From: an uncultured virus (IMG/VR IMGVR_UViG_3300027732_001162)
Lineage: Duplodnaviria; Heunggongvirae; Uroviricota; Caudoviricetes
Virus record (IMG/VR): IMGVR_UViG_3300027732_001162
Strand: one strand, 5' to 3'
Length of the DNA: 64,000 nucleotides
The translations under genes and the position numbers were made by a program. The notes under the pieces were generated by a model that was not told the origin of the DNA, made no database searches, and was given only the letters and a program-made list of their open reading frames with translations. Within the stretch, counting starts at the first letter, position 1. Each line of letters begins with the position of its first letter. Positions 7,464 through 16,679 of the stretch are shown piece by piece.

Positions 7464-10133
7464 TTAGAACTCAAATAAACTATTAAAGGTATTCTTTTCT
7501 TCAGTGCTACGAACGTCCCATTTCAATACGCCAATTAGGTTATCTAATTTGTTATCGATAATAGTTTGTTCCATTTCAGCGTGATCAAACGGCAAGTCTT
7601 TAAACCATTGTGGCAAACGTAATTCATCCACGGGATATGCCACTGATGTAAACCCCATGGGATTTTGTTTTAGTTTGCAAACAATAACTTTTTGACCGTC
7701 TGTGATGTTCATGCTGTATTTGTCACCGAACATACGTTTTAATGTATTCCAGTTAATGCTAGCACGAACATGTCCCGGCATGTTAGCTTTACCCGCATTG
7801 GCTTCTTTAGCTTGATATTCAGTAACTTTGTTGGCACGTTTGGGACTGCCTTTCTCCCAACCCGGCCTACTTTTAAATCTCAATCTAAATTCACTGATGT
7901 GTGCTAATACATCTTTTTCGGTGGTTCCTGTCAAGACCTTTTCAAGTACATCACTTAAAAAGTTCTGAATAAATTCCGGCGTATCACTACGCTTCAGATC
8001 CAAGCCCATGGCCTTGATCTTGCCAGGTTTACCATCTACGTCTGCCCGTTTGCCTTCCTTGTCATAGTACAGCACGGCATAACGCTTTTTAGTAATAAAC
8101 AAACTCTTACTACCAACGATTTCACGACCTGCTTTGATAACTTCACCGCGTGTTTTTGGCACGTGAAACGTATCCAACATAAACTGCGGAAAAGTTGTGT
8201 TAACTTCTTCGCTAATATTATCATATAGTTGAATTACATTTTCTTTGGTCCATTCGATGTTGCCAGAATCGATATCTTTCTTTAGTGTAGTGTATGCTGA
8301 AAAATAACAACTGTCAGTATCACCATAGATAATTGCTTTACCTCGGTAATCATAATCACCAGCAACAATTTCATTTACTTTGGCCGCCATGTGTTTAACA
8401 ATTTGCCGACCAGTCAATGTAGTTGACTGTCCAATACGCTTGTCAAAGAATCTACAACCGGGATTCAAAATAGCACCATACAAACTGTTCAAGTTAATCT
8501 TCTTAACCAACTGTCGTTTGTCCCAGTACTCTTCTTCAATTTTGTTGCCAGTCTTAATACAGTCTTTGAGTTTGGCCTGCATCTCTTTACGTTCAGCATA
8601 CCAACGCTTTAACAAGCCAGGAATAACGCCTTCCTTTTCATAAGTAAAGATAGTGCCGTTGGCACTGAGTACCCAGGGCTGGTGACTATCAAAGATCAAC
8701 TTGTATACTTCAGCCGCACTAATAACATCAGTTTGACCATTCTCCCAATCAATAGTAATGTCAGTACCAATCTCTTGATTCATTACTGCGGTATATTCCA
8801 GTGATCCAAATACACCTTCCCACGATGCCGCAAAGCTAGAACCTTTTGCCATCTTGTTATCAATGTACTCTTGAGTCATTGTTTGACGCAATTGTCCAAT
8901 AATAGTCTCCGGACCCATGTTCAGCGCACGAATAGCACTGGGATAAAGACTGTTGATGTCCAGCGAACCAATCCAGTCATGTATGCCTTCTTTGGGATAA
9001 GCAACATACGCACCTGCGGCCGCTGTGTTTTCTTCACGGTCGTCCATCTTAGTACGATTAGGCACTTGCATGTTACGTCTGTGTGCTTCGTTAATAATGG
9101 CCTGTTCAGTCACTGCAACAGCACCCATTGTGGTTTGTAACAGCACAGTATTTTCATGTGCCAGTGTGTTGGCAAGGTCAAGGAATTTCAGCTTCTTGTC
9201 TAAGCGATCAAGAAGCGCACAGTCTTGTCTGTTGTATTCAATGAACTTTTTAAAATCATGATTGTAAAGTTGATCCAGTGTGCCTTCGTATTGTGTTTTA
9301 CGTTCGCCCAGCTCGTATTCTGCAATAGCATCCAATCGATAACTGTGACGTTCTTCATATGTGTACTTGCGATACAGTTCAAGACTGTCCAAATGCACAC
9401 GCCCAACTAAATCATATGTAACTGAATCGCGACCAAACTTTTCATATTCACGACGTTTGGGATATTGATCAAACAAACAAAAACGTCTTGTGTCATCTTT
9501 GCTCAGTGCTTTGGTAACACGGTTAACTGTGTACGGAATATCATAACCTTCACTGTTCCAACCAGTTAAAATATCCGCTTCTTTGATCAGGTCTAAAAAC
9601 ACATCCAACATTTCCGCTTCTGTTTTAAACAACATGGTATTTGGAAACTCTTCGACCATTGCTTTGGCTTCTTCCATAGTAAGTGTCTTTGGAGGAACTG
9701 CCAAGCACACCATAGTATCCAACCATTGTAAGTGAACAGCGATAGCAGTGATAGGCATGAACGCATCATCTGGTGTGCTGTAGCCACGTTCTGGATCAAA
9801 GTCTACTTCGATGTCGAAAAACGCTACGTTTAGTTTGGGAGGGTCTGCATTTAGATAGTTTTCGCTCAGTGTTACAAAGATTGGATTGATATCACTTTCA
9901 AATAATTGCTTACCTGAATTGATTGCTTGTTCTTTGCGTAATTCTTTTGTGCTCTTAACTACAACTTTGCTTAGAGCGTCACCGTAAATTGAAAGATACT
10001 TTCCACGGGCGTCTTTATAGTAAAATGTGTGGCGTACAGGAATGTCTCTAAATTCCCTTTCACCTTTTTTGTTGCGTTCGACAACTTTAATAACATCGTT
10101 ATTACGGTCAAACCATGCGTCTACATAGCTCAT
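7464..10133 (-). CDS. Family B DNA polymerase
   Basis: Exonuclease motifs FDIEV, GWNSEGYD and YNRQD; polymerase motifs DINSLYPS, KINLNSLYG, YGDTDS and KKRY. Confidence 0.97.
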   Translation of the reverse strand: MSYVDAWFDRNNDVIKVVERNKKGEREFRDIPVRHTFYYKDARGKYLSIYGDALSKVVVKSTKELRKEQAINSGKQLFESDINPIFVTLSENYLNADPPKLNVAFFDIEVDFDPERGYSTPDDAFMPITAIAVHLQWLDTMVCLAVPPKTLTMEEAKAMVEEFPNTMLFKTEAEMLDVFLDLIKEADILTGWNSEGYDIPYTVNRVTKALSKDDTRRFCLFDQYPKRREYEKFGRDSVTYDLVGRVHLDSLELYRKYTYEERHSYRLDAIAEYELGERKTQYEGTLDQLYNHDFKKFIEYNRQDCALLDRLDKKLKFLDLANTLAHENTVLLQTTMGAVAVTEQAIINEAHRRNMQVPNRTKMDDREENTAAAGAYVAYPKEGIHDWIGSLDINSLYPSAIRALNMGPETIIGQLRQTMTQEYIDNKMAKGSSFAASWEGVFGSLEYTAVMNQEIGTDITIDWENGQTDVISAAEVYKLIFDSHQPWVLSANGTIFTYEKEGVIPGLLKRWYAERKEMQAKLKDCIKTGNKIEEEYWDKRQLVKKINLNSLYGAILNPGCRFFDKRIGQSTTLTGRQIVKHMAAKVNEIVAGDYDYRGKAIIYGDTDSCYFSAYTTLKKDIDSGNIEWTKENVIQLYDNISEEVNTTFPQFMLDTFHVPKTRGEVIKAGREIVGSKSLFITKKRYAVLYYDKEGKRADVDGKPGKIKAMGLDLKRSDTPEFIQNFLSDVLEKVLTGTTEKDVLAHISEFRLRFKSRPGWEKGSPKRANKVTEYQAKEANAGKANMPGHVRASINWNTLKRMFGDKYSMNITDGQKVIVCKLKQNPMGFTSVAYPVDELRLPQWFKDLPFDHAEMEQTIIDNKLDNLIGVLKWDVRSTEEKNTFNSLFEF

Positions 10134-10142
10134 TTATTCTCC

Positions 10143-10190
10143 ATATGCAATTTACGGCTTGCAAATACCTACTTGCGGTTTATGGCCCGC
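10143..10190 (-). promoter_or_regulatory. Tandem hairpin leader of the polymerase gene (putative translational operator)
   Basis: GCGG-GCCATAAA-CCGC and TGCAA-GCCGTAAA-TTGCA directly before the GGAG SD. Confidence 0.55.
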
Positions 10191-10211
10191 CGACCTTTCG
10201 TACAATATTTA

Positions 10212-10469
10212 TTAGATACGTTTTGTAATATCTAAAATAGCTTCAATTTCTGCCCAATCTTCGTTATGCGCAGTCCAGTCGCCCTTGTGTGCAATTTTGA
10301 TAGCACGATTGATAACGCTGGGTTTTACATTGAGTTCTTCTGCCACTGCCTTAACTGTTTCTTTCAAGCCTTCTGATAAATCTTCAATTTCGCGAAGCAC
10401 TGTAGAACCTTCACTAATCAATCTTTCTAGTTTTGCCTTTTCTTCTGCACCGTATGAACGTCCTGACAT
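10212..10469 (-). CDS. dsDNA-binding protein, T4 DsbA/GapR-like
   Basis: LREIEDLSEGLKETVKAVAEELNVKPSVINRAIKIAHK helical pattern. Confidence 0.6.
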   Translation of the reverse strand: MSGRSYGAEEKAKLERLISEGSTVLREIEDLSEGLKETVKAVAEELNVKPSVINRAIKIAHKGDWTAHNEDWAEIEAILDITKRI

Positions 10470-10493
10470 GTAAGTCTCCTTAACTATAGCCTA

Positions 10494-10522
10494 ATTATAT
10501 ACTAATTATCTGTGTAATGCAA
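10494..10522 (-). promoter_or_regulatory. sigma70-type promoter TTGCAT-N17-TATAAT
   Basis: Read directly; followed by an AAGGAG SD. Confidence 0.75.
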
Positions 10523-10535
10523 CCTTTAGAGGTGG

Positions 10536-10561
10536 AAATGGCAGAAATTAATCTGCCATTT
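10536..10561. terminator. Intergenic hairpin, probable terminator
   Basis: AAATGGCAGA-N6-TCTGCCATTT just downstream of the 899-aa gene. Confidence 0.65.
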
Positions 10562-10568
10562 TTATTAA

Positions 10569-13268
10569 TTAATACTTGGCGTTTAACCAGCCGTCACCAG
10601 TGGGTTTACGCTTGGTAGTATCTGCGGCTTTGGCCGCGTCACCGGATCCCATACCAGTTGGTGTGTAGTTGGCTTGTTTGAATAATTCGTCTACCTGAGT
10701 TTTTAATTCATTAGTGATATCATCAACTGGATACATGTTAACCAATTCTGTAATTAGTTTTTGTAATTTAGCACCATTGGCTTGAATCTTGCTTGTTTTT
10801 TCAGCGGTGGCTTTCTTTTCAGCGGCTTCTTTTTCTTTTGCTTCAGCTTCTCTTTTTAGTCTAGCTTCAGTTTCTTCTGGTTTTTCAACTCGTTGACCAT
10901 CGCTGTTACCGTTACCTTCAGGACCGTTGGTGGTATCTTGATTTACAAAGTAAGCACCGGCCACAAGCCCGGCCATAACCAACCACCATTTATAATTCCA
11001 ACCAAATTTAGCAACTGCTCCAATTGCACCTAGTGCGACCACAGTCTTTGGAAATTTTCCAGCCATTCTTGCCATTAAAGGAGTTTTAACTTCAGCGGCC
11101 GCTAACTTAGTTAGTAGCTTGTTTTTTGTAACTTGTGTAAACGTACCATTAGCTTCTGCTCTAAACCAATTGCCGGCTTTGTCTTTAACATATTTTACAC
11201 CTTGTATTTCAGCAGATGCAACTTGTTTACCAGCATTGAATGTTACTGCTCCTGGCCCAGGTGCTGGAGCAGGTGCTGGTGCTGGTGCTGGAGCAGGTGC
11301 TGGAGCAGGTGCTGGTGCTGGTGCTGGAGGTGCGGGTTTACCTAACAATTTCCAATCTTTTTCCGCTTGTTTTGTTAATGTTACTACATCTGTCTGTTGG
11401 CCAGTGGTTGTATTTTTCCAGACCTTGCCTTCTGTTCCTGGAATCATCTTCCAATTACCGGGATCTACAAATCTAGGCCCAAGTCGAGTACTGGCTGCGG
11501 CAATAACAACTTCGTCTGCTTGTTTTCCAATTATTTTTTCCAATGCAAACAATGCCTTACCTTCAGCAGTAGCGATACCAAATCTTGCCCCAAATCGACC
11601 TAACGCACCTAAAGGAAGACCAGCTTCATCTAGCTGTGATAATTTGTCACGCAAGTAAGACATGCGTTCTGTATCAGTCATGCTTGAATAGATTATGGAT
11701 TCATTAGCGACAGGAGCCTGAGAAGTAATACCCAGTATCTTTGCCACATACTCGCCGGCTTGATTAAGATCTCTCGGCATTTTGGTTTTTAATTCTTCTA
11801 AGTTCTTAACACCAACTTTGGCAAAGAATTCCTTCATAGCGGCCTGTTGTTCAGCACCACCCTCTGCAACTTCAGCTGGATCAGTTTTTGAACTCATAGT
11901 TGCTGATGTTTTGGTAATAGCTGTGCCTTGTTGTGCAACAGCATTTGCATCACCAGGAGTCAATACGCCAGTTGGTTCTGCACCAGCCGCTTTTTGTACT
12001 TTTTTAACTGCATCTGCATCAGCAGGTTTTTGTTTGGACATCGCATCGCCAACGTATTTTGCATTGTGCGGAGTACGTATGTATGCATCGCTTCCTGCTT
12101 GTACTGCCATTGCCCCGCCAACTTTCAATGCGCCAGCAACTAGTCCGCCACCTCCGGGAATAATAGCAATAGATCCAGCGGCTTGTCCGCCGTAGTACCA
12201 AACAGGACTACGTTTCTTTGCGGCTTCGCTGGCTTGCAATTGTTTTAATAATTCATCACCGTATTTTGTACCTTTGTATGTGGATATCATTTTGGCAATA
12301 GCATTGTCGCCCCAACCAAATGTCAATCCTGCCAACACACCTCTGCCCAATGCTTCAACATCTTCTGTAATGATGTATTCAACAGGGTTTCCATTGGCAT
12401 CATAGTAAATGTGTACTGCACTGATAGTGTCGTTTTCAGTTTCAATAAGATATACTTGTTCTTTTAAATATTGTTTTGATTCATTAACTGGGGTAGCTAC
12501 TGGGTTTAGTATGGCTTTCAATTCAGTTATAGCTGACTGTATAGCTGTGACTAACACAGTTCTATATTTTTTGTATTCTTGATATTTGGTAAGTAACTCT
12601 TGTACTTCTTTGTCGTCGGCGTATTTTGCATCCTTAGCAAGTATGTCAATTATTCCGTATAATTTTTTAGCTTGGTCAACGGTGATACTTTCTTTCAAAG
12701 GAGTAAATGTATAACCAAAGCCTTCTGTTAATGCCTGAGCAAGTTTGCCCTGTGGAGCAGACTCATCATATCGAACAGCTTTGCTTTTTAATGCTTGAGT
12801 AATAATGTCTTCTGCATCATCGATTAGGTCATACTTGGTACGATTTACGTTGCTGGCTTTGAATGCTTCACCCTCGTCCTTGCCCATCAATCCAAAAAAT
12901 GCACTGGTCTTTGCAATGTCAGGAACTAGTCCGTCTTTTTCCATCTGTTCAACTTCAGCTTTGTACGGACCAAACCAAGCATAATCGCCCTTGGCATCTA
13001 CCCACTTACCGTTGACTGGATCAAATAATCCTGGATAGTCGTTTCTTATTGCCAATTGCCCAAGCTGTTTTCTACGTACTCCGGCATCTTGTATGTTTGC
13101 TATGGCTTCTAGTTCTTTTCTGCGAACTCGCTCCATTAAAGCAATATATGATTCTTTTAATAATTGTAAATCAGCAGTTAACACTTCATCGATCATGGTG
13201 GCACTTTCCAACAACACTTGTCGTTGGTCAATAGTATCTAATTTATTTAAAAGTGCTTTCAAATCCAT
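10569..13268 (-). CDS. Large putative internal virion/ejection protein with Pro-Ala hinge and membrane segments
   Basis: MDLKALLNKLD N-terminus, several (L/V/A)xES sites, Gly-rich GVLAGLTFGWGD segment, (PA)n linker and hydrophobic WWLVMAGLVAGAYFV. Confidence 0.55.
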   Translation of the reverse strand: MDLKALLNKLDTIDQRQVLLESATMIDEVLTADLQLLKESYIALMERVRRKELEAIANIQDAGVRRKQLGQLAIRNDYPGLFDPVNGKWVDAKGDYAWFGPYKAEVEQMEKDGLVPDIAKTSAFFGLMGKDEGEAFKASNVNRTKYDLIDDAEDIITQALKSKAVRYDESAPQGKLAQALTEGFGYTFTPLKESITVDQAKKLYGIIDILAKDAKYADDKEVQELLTKYQEYKKYRTVLVTAIQSAITELKAILNPVATPVNESKQYLKEQVYLIETENDTISAVHIYYDANGNPVEYIITEDVEALGRGVLAGLTFGWGDNAIAKMISTYKGTKYGDELLKQLQASEAAKKRSPVWYYGGQAAGSIAIIPGGGGLVAGALKVGGAMAVQAGSDAYIRTPHNAKYVGDAMSKQKPADADAVKKVQKAAGAEPTGVLTPGDANAVAQQGTAITKTSATMSSKTDPAEVAEGGAEQQAAMKEFFAKVGVKNLEELKTKMPRDLNQAGEYVAKILGITSQAPVANESIIYSSMTDTERMSYLRDKLSQLDEAGLPLGALGRFGARFGIATAEGKALFALEKIIGKQADEVVIAAASTRLGPRFVDPGNWKMIPGTEGKVWKNTTTGQQTDVVTLTKQAEKDWKLLGKPAPPAPAPAPAPAPAPAPAPAPAPAPGPGAVTFNAGKQVASAEIQGVKYVKDKAGNWFRAEANGTFTQVTKNKLLTKLAAAEVKTPLMARMAGKFPKTVVALGAIGAVAKFGWNYKWWLVMAGLVAGAYFVNQDTTNGPEGNGNSDGQRVEKPEETEARLKREAEAKEKEAAEKKATAEKTSKIQANGAKLQKLITELVNMYPVDDITNELKTQVDELFKQANYTPTGMGSGDAAKAADTTKRKPTGDGWLNAKY
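11259..11336 (-). repeat. Hexamer tandem repeat encoding (Pro-Ala)n
   Basis: Repeated ggtgct/ggagca units on the plus strand; encodes PAPPAPAPAP... Confidence 0.9.
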
Positions 13269-13269
13269 T

Positions 13270-13716
13270 TTAAATTCCTGTGTTCTTCAAAGTGCTACGT
13301 AGCATCCATGCATGTTTGCCATGTGCAGTTTGACGATCTGCAATAAAGTTACTTAGTCCGTGTTCGTGTTCGCGTTCTGCGAGATCGAATGCTACTTTTA
13401 AAAAAGCAATAATTTTTTCACTGTCTGCCAACAATTCAGACAGCATGGCTTCTGGTGCTGGTACTGAGTTGCTTTCTTGGATGGCACTGTATTTTAAAAA
13501 TGCGCTGTTACTGCCAAGTGCATAGGATCCCAAATAGCGAATGTTTTCAGCAAACGGATCTTGTGCGGTATACACTTCTGTGTATATGTTGTTTAATAAA
13601 TCGTGATATTGGGGAAAGTTTGAACCTTCTATGTTCCAGTGAAATGATGAAGCTTTGACATAATAAACATGCTCGCTGGCAAATGCCACTTTTACTGCTT
13701 TGATTAATTCTTCCAT
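13270..13716 (-). CDS. dps: Dps/ferritin-like protein
   Basis: FHWNIEGSNFPQYHDLL, DPFAENIR and HGKHAWML. Confidence 0.9.
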   Translation of the reverse strand: MEELIKAVKVAFASEHVYYVKASSFHWNIEGSNFPQYHDLLNNIYTEVYTAQDPFAENIRYLGSYALGSNSAFLKYSAIQESNSVPAPEAMLSELLADSEKIIAFLKVAFDLAEREHEHGLSNFIADRQTAHGKHAWMLRSTLKNTGI

Positions 13717-14603
13717 TACTTGGCGCCTTCACTTACTGGAGCACCGGTAGCGTGTACTCCAATTTTCTTATCTGGATATTTACGTTCCATGGCATTTGAA
13801 ACACGATTAGCTTCTTGACGTGAACCAAACACTTTCCATTGTTTGCCGTTAATACTTACAGCATAGTTATTTGTTTCGTGAGCTAGTTCTTGCTCTAGCC
13901 CGCGATGATCGTGTTCACGACTAAAACCTGTTTGACTAGAATCATAATCTCGTTGATACGCATCTCTGCGATTACGCATTTCCGCCACACCTTGCTCGCC
14001 ATTTTCTTCACTTTTCATGTAGTCCCAAACTGTGACTAACATACTTTTAGCAACTGCGATTTTTTCTTGGCACCATTCTGGCAAATTGTCTCCAGCATTG
14101 ATAATATCATCGATACCGTCAACAGCACGTTCCAGTGTGTTTAAATTGTTATCTGCCATACCAGCTTCGTCATCATATTCTGGATTGAATGATTCTTTGA
14201 TACGCTTACCGTCTTTGTTGTATTTGCCAGATGCTTTCTTAGCAATGGCAATGGCCGCTTGTTGTGCGCCTTCTTTTGCAAGTACACGTTCAGCAATACG
14301 GCGTGCCTGTTCGCTAATAATTTCTTTCTTGGCTGTGTCTTGTTCAGCTATTTGTTGTTCAGCTTCTGTATAGTATTGATACAACATACTGGACATTGCT
14401 GTTTTCTTAACTTCTTTAATAGTTCTTGGTTGCGCAACAGCGGGAGTTGAATAATGTTGCATGGCCATTTGTACTGGCAATGCTACCTTATGTGTATTAG
14501 CACCTTCTGTCACAACTGACAAAAATTTCTTCATGTCGTTGGAATTTCCTACAGGCTTTGTAGAACCGCTATCAATTGCCTGTAAAATTTTCTTCATGTC
14601 CAT
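13716..14603 (-). CDS. Putative internal head protein, modular
   Basis: MDMKKILQAID N-terminus; modules separated by VTEG, IKES, VAEM and VSEG. Confidence 0.55.
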   Translation of the reverse strand: MDMKKILQAIDSGSTKPVGNSNDMKKFLSVVTEGANTHKVALPVQMAMQHYSTPAVAQPRTIKEVKKTAMSSMLYQYYTEAEQQIAEQDTAKKEIISEQARRIAERVLAKEGAQQAAIAIAKKASGKYNKDGKRIKESFNPEYDDEAGMADNNLNTLERAVDGIDDIINAGDNLPEWCQEKIAVAKSMLVTVWDYMKSEENGEQGVAEMRNRRDAYQRDYDSSQTGFSREHDHRGLEQELAHETNNYAVSINGKQWKVFGSRQEANRVSNAMERKYPDKKIGVHATGAPVSEGAK

Positions 14604-14607
14604 GGTA

Positions 14608-15753
14608 TTATCCGTTTAGACGTTGTGTTAACGCTTTTAAACGATCTAGCTCTGTAGACTCTTTCAATGGAATTTCTTTGTTGCCTACTTTAATCTTTTC
14701 ACCTTTCTGGATGCCATCTTTTTTAGCATTGACTACCGCCAGGCCAAATGCACTACCTTCCGTGTCCATCTTATCTTTCTTTTTGCCTTTGCCTTCTAAT
14801 ACATCTTTAGCACGGGCAATGGCTTCTTTGACTTTGCTAGATGCTTTCTTCTTTGCTAAATCATCTTTACCTTTACCGTCTGCCGCAAATGCTGGCACAC
14901 TCTTGCCACCAACTTTCTTCATTGGCATAGCACCTTCGTCGTACTTGTTGTATTTGGCTTTGATTGGCTCTAGACTTTTGCCTTCCTTACCAGCTTTAGC
15001 CAATGCGGCCATACCTTCTTTGCCGTACTTTTCATGACCCTTGGCCGCACGACTCATTGTCTTCTTGGCTTCGTACATGCCACCGCCACATTCTTTCAGA
15101 CCATGCACTGGACATTTTTTACCCTTAGCAGAATGATTGCACTTTTCATCTTTGGCTTCGTCTACTTTATCACGATTGTCAAATTTCTCGCTGTTTTTCA
15201 TTCCCCATGTCTTAGCACTCTTAGGACTTTGCTTTTGCGCTGGAGCTTTTTCTTTTTTCTGTGCCGCTGTTTCTGCTTTAGCATGACTTCCGCTACCTTT
15301 GCCTGATTTAGCATCGGTATCCATATCATCGCCACCGTCGGAGTATTTGCGCTCGTCTGTATGCTTTACACTCTTACGCTTGCCGTCATCATCAAATGTG
15401 GCTGTAGCTGTTCCGTGCTGAGTTTTTGTACTTTTGGTGGTATCCTCGTCCATCTTTTCAGACTTTTCTTTGGCCGCTTTTTTCTTAAGCTCTTTGACTT
15501 TTTCTTTGGCTTCTGCAAGTTTGCTGGTTAACACAGCACGTTTGCTTTCGCTTAGATCAGTACTTTCAGCAATCATTCGGCTGTAGTCTTGAAACTGTTT
15601 TTCATAGTTCAAGTACTGATATACCGTGGAAATATCTTCTGCGGCACTGATAATTTTGTTCTTGACCCAGCTTTCTAATAGCTGTTCGTCTTGAATTAAT
15701 TTGAATAGTTTTGCACTTTGTTGCGCTGTTTTATATAGATCTTGTTTGGCCAT
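14608..15753 (-). CDS. Lys-rich putative internal head protein, modular
   Basis: Glu-delimited modules, a CNH...CPVHGLKEC micro-motif and C-terminal LKESTELDRLKAL; TAAATA upstream at 15777-15782. Confidence 0.55.
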   Translation of the reverse strand: MAKQDLYKTAQQSAKLFKLIQDEQLLESWVKNKIISAAEDISTVYQYLNYEKQFQDYSRMIAESTDLSESKRAVLTSKLAEAKEKVKELKKKAAKEKSEKMDEDTTKSTKTQHGTATATFDDDGKRKSVKHTDERKYSDGGDDMDTDAKSGKGSGSHAKAETAAQKKEKAPAQKQSPKSAKTWGMKNSEKFDNRDKVDEAKDEKCNHSAKGKKCPVHGLKECGGGMYEAKKTMSRAAKGHEKYGKEGMAALAKAGKEGKSLEPIKAKYNKYDEGAMPMKKVGGKSVPAFAADGKGKDDLAKKKASSKVKEAIARAKDVLEGKGKKKDKMDTEGSAFGLAVVNAKKDGIQKGEKIKVGNKEIPLKESTELDRLKALTQRLNG

Positions 15754-15779
15754 GTTAGGACTCCGTTAACTTGTAATAT

Positions 15780-16040
15780 TTATCTTTTGATGGCTGAGCC
15801 GCCGCCGAAGATGTTGCCCTTCATGTCAAGAGCGTTTGTAGCTGTACCGTCTTTTTTCTTTTTCTGAACAATTTTGGGAGGTTTAGGAGCCTTTGTACCG
15901 GACTTTCCTGGACTTCCTGTATAACTCTTTTTACCGAGATTCTTACCAATAGCAAGATGTGGGCTTACCACAGTACCAATATTAGCCGCACTTGTGGCGC
16001 CGGCTGTGGCGGTTTCTGATATGATTTCTCTTAATCTCAT
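15780..16040 (-). CDS. Small putative virion protein
   Basis: MRLREIISE-TATAGATSAANIG N-terminus. Confidence 0.6.
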   Translation of the reverse strand: MRLREIISETATAGATSAANIGTVVSPHLAIGKNLGKKSYTGSPGKSGTKAPKPPKIVQKKKKDGTATNALDMKGNIFGGGSAIKR

Positions 16041-16384
16041 ATGCCGTACTGATTCTTTTTAACACTAGCCACTGGGCTAACAGTACTGGTACTGCGTAAT
16101 TCTTCGCTGGGTCCTTTTGGTACAATTACTGTGCCTTTCTGACCAAGTGTTTTTTCAGCAGTTTTAACTTTGTCTTCCTCAACACTGTTGGTAATCCAAA
16201 CAGTTGGACTTGCTCTTGCAGGGCCTTCAGCATCCGCATTTCCGCCACCAGCAATAGCAATACCCAAGCGATACATGTCATAATATGTGTCCATATCATC
16301 ATATCGTTTAGCATAAGGCCCAGCCAGACGTTCAGATTTACCAAGCGTGTTTGTTTTTTCTGTAATGAATTCAGTTGCTCTCAT
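16037..16384 (-). CDS. Small putative virion protein
   Basis: Likely start MRATEFITE at 16384. Confidence 0.6.
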   Translation of the reverse strand: MRATEFITEKTNTLGKSERLAGPYAKRYDDMDTYYDMYRLGIAIAGGGNADAEGPARASPTVWITNSVEEDKVKTAEKTLGQKGTVIVPKGPSEELRSTSTVSPVASVKKNQYGI

Positions 16385-16679
16385 TGTCGTTTCCCACTGG
16401 TTGTTCACCTGTCATATAAGGCAAACTAAACCATAATTTAAACCATTCTGGAGTTCCGGGTTGGATATTGTTTTTACGCATCAGTTCTCCTTTGCTACTG
16501 CCAGTTACACTGATATTGCTACCTTGGCCAGCACGATATTCGTGCAGTCTAGCTTCTCCACCTAAACCACCCATGCCCGATAAGATCTTTAATTCCTGTA
16601 TAGGATCGTTGGGTGCAAGATAGCAATCGTCAGGACTATCTTGATTTAGATCTTGTGAAGTTATTCTATACTGTTTCAT
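16371..16679 (-). CDS. Hypothetical protein
   Basis: 102-aa ORF with IQPGTPEWFKLWF; TAAATA immediately precedes the ATG. Confidence 0.7.
   Translation of the reverse strand: MKQYRITSQDLNQDSPDDCYLAPNDPIQELKILSGMGGLGGEARLHEYRAGQGSNISVTGSSKGELMRKNNIQPGTPEWFKLWFSLPYMTGEQPVGNDNESN

Noticed and set aside
7464..10133. Intein or intron in the DNA polymerase
   Set aside because: Continuous 889-aa frame with motifs in order and no splice motifs.
11119..11658. Plus-strand ORFs with GAGAGA or CWCW repeats
   Set aside because: Alternative-frame readings of the (Pro-Ala)n repeat.
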